Shown here: piece by piece, positions 11,901 through 22,419 of the stretch | Numbering within the stretch: the first letter of the stretch is position 1 | Layout: every line of letters begins with the position of its first letter | Source of the DNA: Antechinus flavipes | Taxonomy: Eukaryota | Direction: 5' to 3' | Assembly: GCF_016432865.1 (NCBI RefSeq) | Contig: NC_067400.1 | Span: 612,374,001-612,438,000, forward strand | DNA length: 64,000 bases | The notes under the pieces: generated by a model | What the model was told of the DNA's origin: nothing | Databases searched by the model: none | Seen by the model: the letters and a program-made list of their open reading frames with translations, nothing else | Made by a program: the position numbers and the translations under genes

Positions 11901-13180
11901 AGTGAGATTGAGGAGTCAACAATTAAGAGCTGAAAAGGAGCTTGGGAATCACTTGGTCCAGACCATCATTAGGATTCTGAGGTCTAGAGAAATGATTCAC
12001 AGGAAGGAAATTAAAGTCAGGATTTGAATCCAATTCTTCTGACTCGAGGTACCTCAATTCTTTTCACTATTCCTCACTCTTCTGAGTAAATGGCCTTAAA
12101 CCGCATGCTTATAAGCAAGATCTGCCATGTTTCTTGTCTCTGCTCTGGAAGCAGAGAAAAATTGTAGAAAATTGGGGTGCACCATGTATTTTCTGGGTCT
12201 CTGAAGCCAAGAAAGTTTCCTCACTTTCTGTTGGAGCACCCAAGTGAACTTGTATGATTGCGATACACTCAGTCCCCAGGCCAATTATCTAAATCCTGTT
12301 CCAGAGGACAAACTATGGTCCAGAACCCCCATCCCCAAGGATGGGAAGCCAGTCACATCCACTCCATCGGGAGAGTGCAGGATGTTTCCTGATTGGCTGA
12401 CAGTGAGCCCAGGATGGGAAGAATGAGCCAATGAGCTGAATCCATCAGAGCTGGTGACCACAGAGAGCTGTGTGTCCACTACCTTTCTTGAGCCAGGGAA
12501 GGAACACTAACGCAAGAAGGTGGGCACAGAAAAGACCTCTTTTACACATTCTCCTCTTGTCCACCATTAACGCCCGACCCATAGAAAACAGCAGATCTTT
12601 GTAATCTGGAATTGTGGAGACGGAAGGTGAAAGAGAAAAAATGGAAGTCCAGGTCACCCAGGAATAGTGGCTGCAATGTTTTGTTTGGGGGGAGGTAGGA
12701 AATGAGGGGGAGATGGGTAATCGTCCTACATTTACTGTACTCAGAATGCCGAGTAAGCTTAGGGACCAGGAGGCCTGAAAAGTTTAGAGAAGAGGTAAAA
12801 GCAGAGTCCAGAAGAGGAAGCGGGAATGTCCTGGGTGACCCAAGGCCCAGAGACAGAGCTCTCCTATCGGGATAGTTTTTTTTCTGTTTCATCTCACCAT
12901 TTCCTTTAAAGACAACCCATTTCCCAAGACTTGAGGAAGACCTTGTGGCCAAGAATGAGCAGGGAAGATCCCCCCAACTCCCAGTCCTGCTGCTAGAATT
13001 GAAGTTTTATATTTGGGTCGAAGTGGGGAGCTCAGATGGAGCCCTCTCTCCGGAGCCACAGCAATGACCAGTGGGCATGGAAGGTAGCGCCAAGCTGCTG
13101 CTGGGGGTTGGGGAGTGAGGGGTGACACTTTCAAGAAAGAAAAAAAATCCTGGAGGCTTTGTTGTGGGGAAGCACGCCAC

Positions 13181-13186
13181 TTTATT
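13181..13186 (-). terminator. HAMP polyadenylation signal AATAAA
   Basis: TTTATT on + strand ~115 nt past the stop; an AU-rich UAAUUUAUU element lies at 13225-13233. Confidence 0.75.
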
Positions 13187-13299
13187 TTGAGACAGTCACA
13201 ACAGGAAGGGGCAGTGGGGGAGGGAATAAATTAAGAACTGAAGGGGGAAAGGGAACTTGGGAAGAGGGAGATGACACCAGAGGAGGTGATGGGCTCTGG

Positions 13300-14557
13300 T
13301 CACGCCCGGCAGCAAAAGCCACATTTCGCGTTGTGACAGCAATTACAGCAGAAGGAGCAGATGGGAAAGTGGCTGTTGAATCTCTTTGTCCTCTGAAGCA
13401 GGGGCTGCTGGGGAAAAAAGAGGAGATCAGTGGATTGATGGAGCCAAGGGGCAGAACAGTGGGCTGCGAAGGGGACGGGCTGCCATTCTTGGGGATATTT
13501 CTCACCGTCAAGTCTTTGTGAGCTGGAGCTGCCTCCTGGAGGGGGGTCTGCACGAGGTCCTGTGTCTGTGAAGAGATCCCATGTCTTGAGGAAGGAGATC
13601 CCAATCCAGAGCCCCATCAAAGTACNNNNNNNNNNNNNNNNNNNNNNNNNNNNNNNNNNNNNNNNNNNNNNNNNNNNNNNNNNNNNNNNNNNNNNNNNNN
13701 NNNNNNNNNNNNNNNNNNNNNNNNNNNNNNNNNNNNNNNNNNNNNNNNNNNNNNNNNNNNNNNNNNNNNNNNNNNNNNNNNNNNNNNNNNNNNNNNNNNN
13801 NNNNNNNNNNNNNNNNNNNNNNNNNNNNNNNNNNNNNNNNNNNNNNNNNNNNNNNNNNNNNNNNNNNNNNNNNNNNNNNNNNNNNNNNNNNNNNNNNNNN
13901 NNNNNNNNNNNNNNNNNNNNNNNNNNNNNNNNNNNNNNNNNNNNNNNNNNNNNNNNNNNNNNNNNNNNNNNNNNNNNNNNNNGTCTGTCTCTCTTTGTCT
14001 CTATTTCTCTCTGTCTCTGTCTCTCTCTTGTCTTTCTCTCTCTGTCTGTCTCTGTCTCGCTGTCTCTGTCTCTTTGTCTCTATTTCTGTCTGTCTGTCTC
14101 TCTGTGTCTTTCTCTGTCTGTCTCTGTCTCTCTGTTTCTGTCTCTGTTTCTCTTTGTCTCTATTTCTCTCTGTCTCTGTCTCTCTCTGTGTCTTTCTGTC
14201 TGTCTCTGTCTTGCTGTCTCTGTTTCTGTCTCTGTCTCTTTGTCTCTATTTCTCTCTGTCTGTCTCTCTGTCTCTGTGTCTCTTTATTTCTCTCTGTTTC
14301 TGTCTGTGTCTCTGCCTGTCTCTCTGTCTCTGTCTTTGTCTGTCTGTTTCTCTCTGTCTCTCTGTATCTTTCGCCCCTTTCCTACAGTCTGTCCCATTTA
14401 CCTCCAAACATCCAGACATCTGGCCTCGGAAGGCCCCCAGGTCCAACTCCCTCCCAGGCCAGACACTTACCTCCCTTGGGAGAACGGAAGAACACACCAT
14501 GTTAGAGAGGAGGAGGAAGAAGAGGCAGACGGCCTGGATCTGAGTGGTGGATGCCAT
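13300..14557 (-). CDS. HAMP: Hepcidin prepropeptide, 83 aa
   Basis: Exon 1 14471-14557 (MASTTQIQAVCLFFLLLSNMVCSSVLPRE, donor GTAAGT). Exon 2 13506-13565 (TQDLVQTPLQEAAPAHKDLT). Exon 3 13300-13404 (PLLQRTKR|FNSHFPICSFCCNCCHNAKCGFCCRA*; NAGNAG acceptor could add a Gln). Eight-Cys hepcidin pattern, furin site RTKR, syntenic between USF2 and MAG. Confidence 0.97.
13983..14366. repeat. (TCTG/TC)n low-complexity tract in HAMP intron 1, adjacent to an N-gap
   Basis: Direct reading. Confidence 0.9.
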
Positions 14558-14612
14558 TTCTGTCCGTGGGCCTGTTTCTCCGGGGTTCTGCCCGGCGTCC
14601 CCGAGCCCCGCA

Positions 14613-14680
14613 CTTTTATGGGCCCAAGCCCCCTCCCCTTTGGCCCAACTTTCTTTCCAAGAAGGTGGTGTCGTCAAAGG
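14613..14680 (-). promoter_or_regulatory. HAMP proximal promoter: TATA-like CCCATAAAAG (14613-14622), GGGGAGGGGG box, STAT3 site TTCTTGGAA (14655-14663), degenerate BMP-RE1 (14670-14675)
   Basis: Minus strand reads CCTTT-GACGAC-ACCACC-TTCTTGGAA...AAAGGGGAGGGGGCT...CCCATAAAAG, collinear with the human promoter as recalled (GGCGCC-ACCACC-TTCTTGGAA). Confidence 0.85.
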
Positions 14681-14760
14681 ATGGGGGAGGGACGATCGGG
14701 AACACTGTGTCACGGCAGCCCAGAGGAGGTGTGTATAGGGGGTGGGGCAGCCGGGGTCAC

Positions 14761-14806
14761 ACACATGACCGGGAGCCAGAGAGACACAGACGTGTGGGCT
14801 GGCGCC
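14761..14806 (-). promoter_or_regulatory. E-box (CACATG 14762-14767) and GGCGCC hexamer (14801-14806) upstream of HAMP
   Basis: Motif matches only. USF proteins are known to act on HAMP E-boxes. Confidence 0.35.
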
Positions 14807-15799
14807 CAAGGAACCCAGTCCAAAGCCTGCCTCTGACACTGGGCGACCCCCCCCTCCCTGCCTCCAAGCCACCTGGCCCAAGGTTCTTTCTGTAAGAAGG
14901 CTGGGGGCTGGACCAAGATCCTCCCTTTAAGGGTCCATAACTGAGCTTATGGCTCAATTCTTGGGAAGCCTGAGCCAGAGACACCCCTTGGCTAGCCTGC
15001 TCCCCAAAAGCCCCCTTTCCTCCCCTCCGGAAGCACTTCCCAAGCACCAAGGCCTTGTTCGGCTCTCCCACCTCCCGAGAAGGGGCTTCCCATACTTCCT
15101 CCTTCCCCCCCCCCCCTGGGGTCCCGGGAGCCCACAAGAGGAAGCACGGTGCAAACAGAAGGACTGGTGGCCCTGGACTCCCCAATCCTGGGGGCCCTAA
15201 CTTCGATTAGCTGGGGGGGAGGGGGAATGACTTAGTTCAACCAACGTCCATTAAGCATTTACTGAATGTCATCCATTACCTCAGGTTCTAAAAAAGTCAA
15301 AGCAAAACCCCAAACCCCAGGACAGAACTTCAAGCAAGGGCTGCCCTCAGAGAGCTTTTCTTCTGCCGGGGGAAAACCCATTCTACAGATAAACACACAC
15401 ACATAAAACCCGAAAACAAAACAGAACCCCAGCGACGCGGTTTCAGGGAGATGGAGATCAGGAAAGGGCTCCTGTAGGAGGCTTGGGTTCAACGTAGAGG
15501 AGAACCAGGGGGTCCCAAAGGTCGGGCAGCGGGATGATGTGGGCAAAGGCAGGGAGGTCCGAGACTCTCTTGGGAGGGCCGGTAGGGGGAAGGGCGCTGA
15601 GTGTCTGGGAGAATGGCTGTGGAGGATGGTTTGGTGAGGAGGGGCTGGAGAAAGGGGCGGTAACTAGGAGGCGAATGCACCGGCCCCAGCAGGAGGTCCC
15701 CCAGCTCTGGGGACCCTGAGGACAGAGCTGAGACTTATCTTACAGACAAGGAAGAGTCAGAGGCAAAGCTGGGACTCATTACAAACCCAACAGCACAGT

Positions 15800-15900
15800 C
15801 AGTCAAGAAACATTTATTAAACTCCTACTGTGTACCAGGCACCATATTAAGTGCTGAGGATACAAAAAGGAAAAAACCGGTTCCTGCCCCAATCTAACGG
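15800..15900. mobile_element. L2-like LINE 3' end fragment
   Basis: CATTTATTAAACTCCTACTGTGTACCAGGCACCATATTAAGTGCTGAGGATACAAAAAGG...GGTTCCTGCCC; similar fragments near 39555-39640, 41940-42050 and 59690-59790. Confidence 0.6.
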
Positions 15901-16734
15901 ACTTCTGGCAAGTACTAGCCACGAGGCTCAGAAGAGAGCCGAGGATCTTCATTTGAGTGACTGGATGCTTGCAATGTCAATAGGGAACAGGGATGGTCTG
16001 TTCTGGGGGGCAATGTTTCTGTTGGGTGCTGGATTCGAGTCTCACAAATGGGGATCAACAAAGAATGTATGGCCGGACTTGACGTGCCAGGACACAATTG
16101 GTGCCTACTAAACGCTTCTCGGCCCGGCTTCATAGGACACGCTCGGTGCTCGGTGTCTTCTGTAAATGGGGATCAGCGTCGGCAACTTCCCGGGGGCTCC
16201 TGGAAAGGCTTTTGGGGCCCTTAAAGCAGTGGATGCATATGAGGGGTCACAGGGAAGGGTGCTGGTAACTTTGGGTGCCCTCTTCCCGCCCCGGTCTCAA
16301 CTCTCTCCCCACAGCAGCTTAGTCAATTTGCTTCTGGGCTGCTTTCCTCCAGTCTCTTCCAAACCCCAATCTCGGGTCCCCTCAGGAGCCCGGGAGGAGA
16401 GCCAGGGCTCTGCCCGGAACCCCGAGAAGACGCGGGTCGCCCTGTTCGGTGCCAGCCCGCCCCTCTCCCCCCGGCCTGTTTGCTCACGTCGGCCCCAACC
16501 CAGGTAGACTCGAAGGCGCCAGACTCATTCCCACCCATCCAGGACGAGGGCAATGACCCCAGGGACGCTGGGCAGGGAGGCGGCGAGGCCCAGGGGTCAG
16601 GGGACACTCCGGGGCAGCCGAGAAACGGAATGGGTTTGGGGGCACAAGGATGGGGGGCAGGTTCACAAACAATGGGTACTACCAGGGACCACCCCTTCTC
16701 CTCCCCGCCTGGCCTGTCCCCCTACCTCAGGGCA

Positions 16735-16800
16735 GATTTCATCATCGGCTGGGCTGAGGGCAGGGGTCACCGTAGAGGCGCCAGAGCTGGGGCCCTAGGC
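16735..16800 (-). promoter_or_regulatory. HAMP distal enhancer (BMP-RE2 GGCGCC 16778-16783 with adjacent TGACCCC nuclear-receptor-like motif)
   Basis: Minus strand CCCAGCTCTGGCGCCTCTACGGTGACCCCTGCCCC, 2.22 kb upstream of the ATG, similar in position and context to the human BMP-RE2 module as recalled. Confidence 0.7.
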
Positions 16801-17022
16801 GACAGAAAGACGGGCCAAGCTGGGAATCACCCCTTCCCTCCCCTTTCCGTAAGGAGGGGGCTCAAGGCCAGAGTTCCCGCAACTGGGGGAGGGTGGGGAC
16901 TGAACCACCGACCCTCTCACTCACACCAAGCCCTGTCCCAAAAATAGGAAGGAAAATCCCCCCCAGGATGGAGGGAGGGAGGGAGGGAGACCAACAATTG
17001 AGGCGGGGGCCGCACAGGCCAG

Positions 17023-17028
17023 TTTATT
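17023..17028 (-). terminator. USF2 polyadenylation signal AATAAA
   Basis: TTTATT on + strand at the end of a 3'UTR carrying U/A-rich tracts. Confidence 0.75.
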
Positions 17029-17657
17029 GCAGTTTAAATACCTTTCTCTTTTTTTTTTTTTTTTTGGTCTTTTTTTTTTTTTTCATAAAGAAATTAAAAC
17101 ACACACACACACCCAAAGAAGGGATAAGGGTGTCAGGAAGTGAGCTGGGGAGGTGGGAAGGCTGGAGCCACGAGTCCAAAGAGCCCCTCGACGTGGGGCG
17201 GCCCCCCAAAGGCTCCCCCCCTTCCTAGCAGCTCTGTCTCTGTACCTCCAGGGAGAGAGAGAGAGGGGAGGTGGGGACTGGCAGACCGGGGTCCAGGGAA
17301 CGAAGGAGGGGTCTCTGTCCTTGGGTCCTGTCCCTTCCATCGAGGGCCAGGCCGGAAAGGGAAGCCCCGCAGGGAGCCAGGTCATGACTGAATCAAAGTG
17401 AAGAAATCGGGGAAGAAAGGAGGAAAAGGGAGAGAGTCGGAGAAAACAGACAGATGGGACAAGGTGGACGTGTTGGGGGGTTGCTTTTGTTGGGGGGGGG
17501 TGTTTCTGTATTCATGGAAATGCTTTTTTCTCCCCATTTTTGTTAAAAATCTACTATAAAAAATGCAGCTGGGGGAGGGGCAGACTCTCTCCCTCTCTGT
17601 GCTAAGGGTGGGGGGCCAGAATCCTCCCCGGGGGATCCCAGGGGAGGGGCGGGAGCA

Positions 17658-20600
17658 TCACTGCCGGGACGCCTCCCCGACGATCTCCAGGCCGTGCTGC
17701 TGCAGCTGGGCACGGAGCAAGGCGTTCTCGTTCTTGAGCTCCTCGATCTGGGGGGGAACAGACAGCGGAGACTAAGGCAATCCCCAAAACTCCACAAGGC
17801 AGGGACCTCGGGGTCTCTACCAGCCCACCCGGATCACCTGCTGCCTCAGGAGCTCGTTGTCCATCTGCAGCCTCTCGGCCTCCTTGAAAGTCTCCTGCAT
17901 CCGCTGGTTGGTCTGGCGTAGCTCTCGGATGTAGTCGCAGGCCTTGGACAGGATCCCTCCCTTACTCTGAAGGGCCGGAAGGCAAGAACACCGCAATGGG
18001 GCCAGAAGCAGAGGCCGGGAAGCCCCAGAGGCCGGGAAGCCCCCGAGGCCCAAGCCTGGCAGCGCCTCCCACCACTGCCACTTCCACCCAACCTCGTCTG
18101 GAGAACCGGCCATCCCCCCAAGGCCTATGGGAATGCAGCCCCCATTCTCAGGCAGAGGATGCGGCTGGCTCAGGATAAACTGAGGGAGAGTTAGGATGGG
18201 TCCAGGACAGGGCCAGGCCAGGATGGAGACATGACTAGGACGGAACAGGGCTGGGACAGGACCAGGCTGGGATGGAGATCTGGCCAGGACGGGACAGGTC
18301 GGGATGGAGACGTGGTCAGGATGGGATGGAGACAGGGCCAGGCCGGGCCGGGGACAGGGCAGGGACAGGGCCGGGACAGGGCCAGGACAGGACCAGGCCA
18401 GAACGGAGACAGGGCCAGGCCAGGGCAGGGACCAGGCCAGGACGAAGACATGACCAGGATGGAACAGGGCTGGGACAGGACCAGGCTGGGATGGGGACAG
18501 GGCCAGGACAGGACGGGGACAGGGCCAGGCCAGGGACATGGCCAGGATGGGACAGGGACAGGGCCAGGACAAGATGGAGACATGGCCAGGACAGGATGGG
18601 GACAGGGCCAGGGCAGGACGGGGACAGGGCCAGGCTGAGATGGGGACAGGCCAGACCAGAGACATAGCCAGGGTGGGATGGGGACAGGGAGGGGAACTCT
18701 CACCGCCCCGGTCTTGCTGTTGTCTGTGTTACAGTCTGGAATGATTTTGGAGAGCTGAACAATCCAGTTGTTAATCTTGTCCCTCCTTCTCCGCTCCACT
18801 GCAGAGAGGAAGTAATTCCCACCGGGAAAGGTTCTGTGAGTACTTGGTGGGGCTGGGGTCCAAAGGCACTCCCTACTCTGGGTGGCAATGGCCTCCACTG
18901 GTTCTCAAGGAACCCCTAAGGAAGCTGAGGGCTGAGAAACACACAAGGAACTTCCAGCATAAAGGGAGGGATCAGGTCGGGGGGACTTCAGCTAGGCCTT
19001 GAAGGATAGAGAGAGCAAGACTCGGGATCAAAGGTCAGTACTGGGGTCCTCGCTGGTTGGACTAAAGACTTCTAAGTTCCGTGGCTCCTCTGGGAGCTTC
19101 TGGGGGAGAACCCAGGGTGACCACATGGCGGGAGACCTGGACTTCAGTCCGGCGCCTTAGCAGTCTGTCAGGCCAGGACACGGAAAATGACCAGAGGAAA
19201 GCCTGGCCATGCTAGACCTATCCTTACCCCACTTTCTGCTCAGCCAGCCCACCATCGAGGGGCCCCAGCTAAGTTCTGCTGGGGGGGGGGAGAAGGAGTG
19301 GTGAGGAAGGGAGACCTGCACTGGACAGAGGGCCCCTTCGCCCCCACCTTCGTTGTGCTGCGCTCTCCTCCTCTCGTCTCGGGGTGTCCTCGTCCCGTCC
19401 ATTTTCCTGGAGGAGAGAGGAGACACAGCGCTGTCCCTTTGCACGCGGGCACAAGCCCTCATACCCAGCAGGGCCTCGAGGGCCCCCAGCGGCCTGCACC
19501 TACGGGGAGTACGGGTGGGTCCGAGGGGCGATCGTTCTCTGCGTTCCCGTCTGCAGCACGTCCTGTGGCGTCATCATCACGTAGAACTGGCCTGGGAGAG
19601 GGGGTTGGGGTCGATCAGAGGCCCTCCGGAGACAGCAGTTGTGCTGACCCCTGTCTGGCCCTGTTTCCTCCTCTCGAGCCCAAGGAGGCAAACTTAGCAG
19701 GGGGAGGGCAGCAGCCCCAAACACTCCCTGGAGGGGGGCCTTCACCACCCCTTGCCTCAGTTTCCCCCACTGTAAGGCCCAAGGCCAGCCTTACCTCCCC
19801 AGTTTCCTCCCTTGCTCTCTCCCAGGCACCCCCCAATTCTTGGGGCTCCACTAAGTGTTCTTGCAGAAAGCTGCACTCCCTGGGACCCCCCCCAGCCTCT
19901 CTCCCCACTGTCCCCAGCACCCCTTGTGTCTTTCCAGGGGTGACCCCTGCCTCCATACCTCCTGCCTGAAGGCTCTGGTCTGTGGTCTGTACGGACACTG
20001 CCGTGGCGTCCCCCACACTGGATGCAGGAAAGTAGGCAAAGCGGGCCTCCCCGCTGACCGCCTCTGCTGCGGGGCTGCCCCCATTGCTGAAAGGATTCTG
20101 GATCACGGCCTGTGGAGGGAGGGGCGCTGAAGGGAGCCCACCCTGGGCCGGCCCCCCAGGCTGCTCCCTCAACTCTCAGCTGCATTTCCCCAGCCGGGAG
20201 CCCCATGGCCGCTCTCCCCCCTTTTGGACCATTTGTGGTCAGCTGCCTTCCTGCCGCCCCCCCAAGTGGGACCCGCGTTCCAGGGGCAGGGGGCTACACT
20301 CGCTGACCTGAGCCACGGCCTGTTGGCCCCCGGTGAAGGCGGCAGTGGACACCACGCTCACAGCGCCCGTCGCGTCTCCCTGGCCGTCCAGCTGGCCATC
20401 CGTCACCTGGACCACTCTGTATGTTACCTGCAGGGGGCGGCAGAGGGCCCCGAGTCGGCCTCAGCCGGAGAGGTCGAGCACCGAGGGGCCCCTCTCCCCT
20501 TCCCCCAACCCCCCCACTGGGGGGCCCCCTCCCTCACCTGTCCTCCATTATTCTCTGTGCGGAACTGGTACTGGATGTTGTGCTCCCCGAACGCCGCCTG

Positions 20601-20794
20601 CTGGACGCTGGCGATGGCCACCGCGGTCTGCTCCTCGGCCCCGGGCCCTTCCCCGGCTGGGGGCAAAGGGAGGCCGGCTCAGCGCCCTGGGCGCCCCCCT
20701 CCCTGCGCCCAGCGCCCCCCGGCGCCCCCCCGGGGGTCCCCACTCACTGTCCTGGAGCTCAACGCCCTCCTCCGCTTCGGGTCCCTTGTCGTGG
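17658..20794 (-). CDS. USF2: Upstream stimulatory factor 2 (bHLH-ZIP), coding exons 2-10; exon 1 presumably in N-gap 21025-21376
   Basis: Exons: 20748-20794 (HDKGPEAEEGVELQD), 20538-20656, 20308-20427, 19959-20109 (AVIQNPFSNGG), 19504-19591 (USR QFYVMMTPQDVLQ), 19348-19406, 18704-18798 (ERRRRDKINNWIVQLSKIIP), 17838-17966 (SKGGILSKACDYIREL), 17658-17747 (IEELKNEN..ASRQ*). All GT-AG and in frame. Confidence 0.97.
18195..18690. repeat. G-rich GGGAC/AGGGC/CAGGA pentamer-based repeat in USF2 intron 8 with an internal ~219-bp duplication
   Basis: GACATGAC(T/C)AGGA(C/T)GGAACAGGGCTGGGACAGGACCAGGCTGGGATGG occurs at 18228 and 18447. Confidence 0.85.
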
Positions 20795-22250
20795 CTGCGG
20801 GGACGCGGAGGCAGCGATCAGCGGGGGGCCGGGGCGGCGCGTGCCCCCCCGGGGACCCCCCTCGGCCCGACTCCCCCAGACCCGGCCCTGCAGGGGATGG
20901 GGTGGCCTCTCGCCGGTCCTGGAGGGTCTCCCCTGCACCCCCCGTCCGCCAGCGGCCTCCATCTTGTGCACTGTCCGGCAGGGCCGGTGTGAGCCCGCTG
21001 GGGAGCATGGCCGGCCCACGGGCCNNNNNNNNNNNNNNNNNNNNNNNNNNNNNNNNNNNNNNNNNNNNNNNNNNNNNNNNNNNNNNNNNNNNNNNNNNNN
21101 NNNNNNNNNNNNNNNNNNNNNNNNNNNNNNNNNNNNNNNNNNNNNNNNNNNNNNNNNNNNNNNNNNNNNNNNNNNNNNNNNNNNNNNNNNNNNNNNNNNG
21201 GGCCCGNNNNNNNNNNNNNNNNNNNNNNNNNNNNNNNNNNNNNNNNNNNNNNNNNNNNNNNNNNNNNNNNNNNNNNNNNNNNNNNNNNNNNNNNNNNNNN
21301 NNNNNNNNNNNNNNNNNNNNNNNNNNNNNNNNNNNNNNNNNNNNNNNNNNNNNNNNNNNNNNNNNNNNNNNNNNNNGCGGCTGCTCGGCTCCCCGCTCCC
21401 CGCTCCCCGCCCGGTCTCGGCCCGGCCTGGGCGACGGCTGCTCTGGCCCGGCCCCGGCTCGGGCCCGGGGAAGCGGCGGCCTGGGCCTGGGCCTCCCTCC
21501 CGCGCCCGCCCGCCCGCCGCGCTCGCTTTTCACAGCCCGCTCCTCCCGCCCGGCTGCTCCGCGGCCCCGGCCCGGCACGGCCGCCGATCGCTCGCTGCTA
21601 CCGCTGCTTTCTATTTTTCCCCCTTTTTCCCCTTCTTTGCAAGAGCTGCGCGCGCGCAGCGGCGGCGGCGGCGGCGGCGGCGGCGCGAGCCCGGAGCCGA
21701 CGCGGGCGGGGGCTGGAGGGGGGGTGGGGGGGTAGGCCGCCCTGGGAGCGCGCGCGCGCGCTCTGTCTAGCTCCACCGGCCCGGGCGCGCGCCGGCCTGG
21801 GCCTCGGAGCGGGGCCCCGCTCCTCGTCGCTGCGCGCTCCCGCCTCTCACCGCGGGGGGCTGGGTAGAAGATACTCTACGTTCCACAGATAGAACACGGG
21901 CCCAGATGGAACGTTGTAGAGGGTCCGCGATGGAACGAAGCGGAGGCCCAGGGCCGAAGAACACACTTCGTCGGCAGGGAGGGGCCGAGGGACTCGGGGA
22001 GGGGGATGAAAGATAGTGGGCTTGAAAAGGGTCGGTCTAGGGAGACTGGGGGTGCGCGCGCGCGGGTTCGTGAAGGGGGTAGTGTTGTCAGGGGAAAGAC
22101 TCGAAGCGCATGCGCACGCCGGGCGGGGCCGCGGCGCGCACGCAGCGGGCGGGGCCGGGGCGAAGCCGGAACGGGCTGTTCCCAGAGGCCCGGGCGGGTC
22201 GGGATGATTGCCAGGACCGGGAGTTGGCACCCCGGGCAGCTGGTCCGTCC
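20330..22250. promoter_or_regulatory. CpG island / USF2 promoter and 5'UTR, with NRF1-type palindrome GCGCATGCGC (22106-22115) and GC boxes
   Basis: Very high CpG density, GGC repeat at ~21661-21683, GGGCGGGG boxes. Confidence 0.8.
21025..21376. other. Assembly gap (other gaps: 7544-7678, 13626-13982, 40972-41179, 60487-60817)
   Basis: Runs of N; this gap is expected to hide USF2 coding exon 1. Confidence 0.95.
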
Positions 22251-22327
22251 CCTTGTGTCCTTCACTGCCCTCTTCTCCTAGGCCCCCCAAAAGAACACAA
22301 TGAGACCCGAGCCAAGTAATTAAAAAC

Positions 22328-22333
22328 TTTATT
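22328..22333 (-). terminator. LSR polyadenylation signal AATAAA
   Basis: TTTATT on + strand ~87 nt past the LSR stop codon. Confidence 0.75.
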
Positions 22334-22419
22334 GAGCACAAGAACAGAGACTCCCCGCCCTCCCCCCTCCCCCGACACACACATACAAAACTACAAAAAT
22401 CCAGGGGAACCGCAACGGC

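Noticed and set aside
10000-13150. Second HAMP copy or other gene between HAMP and MAG
   Set aside because: No second eight-Cys motif or recognisable coding exon found.
13562-14836. 424-aa ORF and overlapping Ser/Leu/Cys-rich ORFs
   Set aside because: Translation of an N-gap and a TC microsatellite in HAMP intron 1; the real gene is on the minus strand.
17817-18665. 282-aa Pro/Cys/Trp-rich ORF and antisense Gly/Gln/Asp-rich ORFs
   Set aside because: Pentamer repeat in USF2 intron 8 read through into exon 9.
20224-21776. 365-503-aa ORFs
   Set aside because: GC-rich CpG island plus N-gap; stop-poor by composition.
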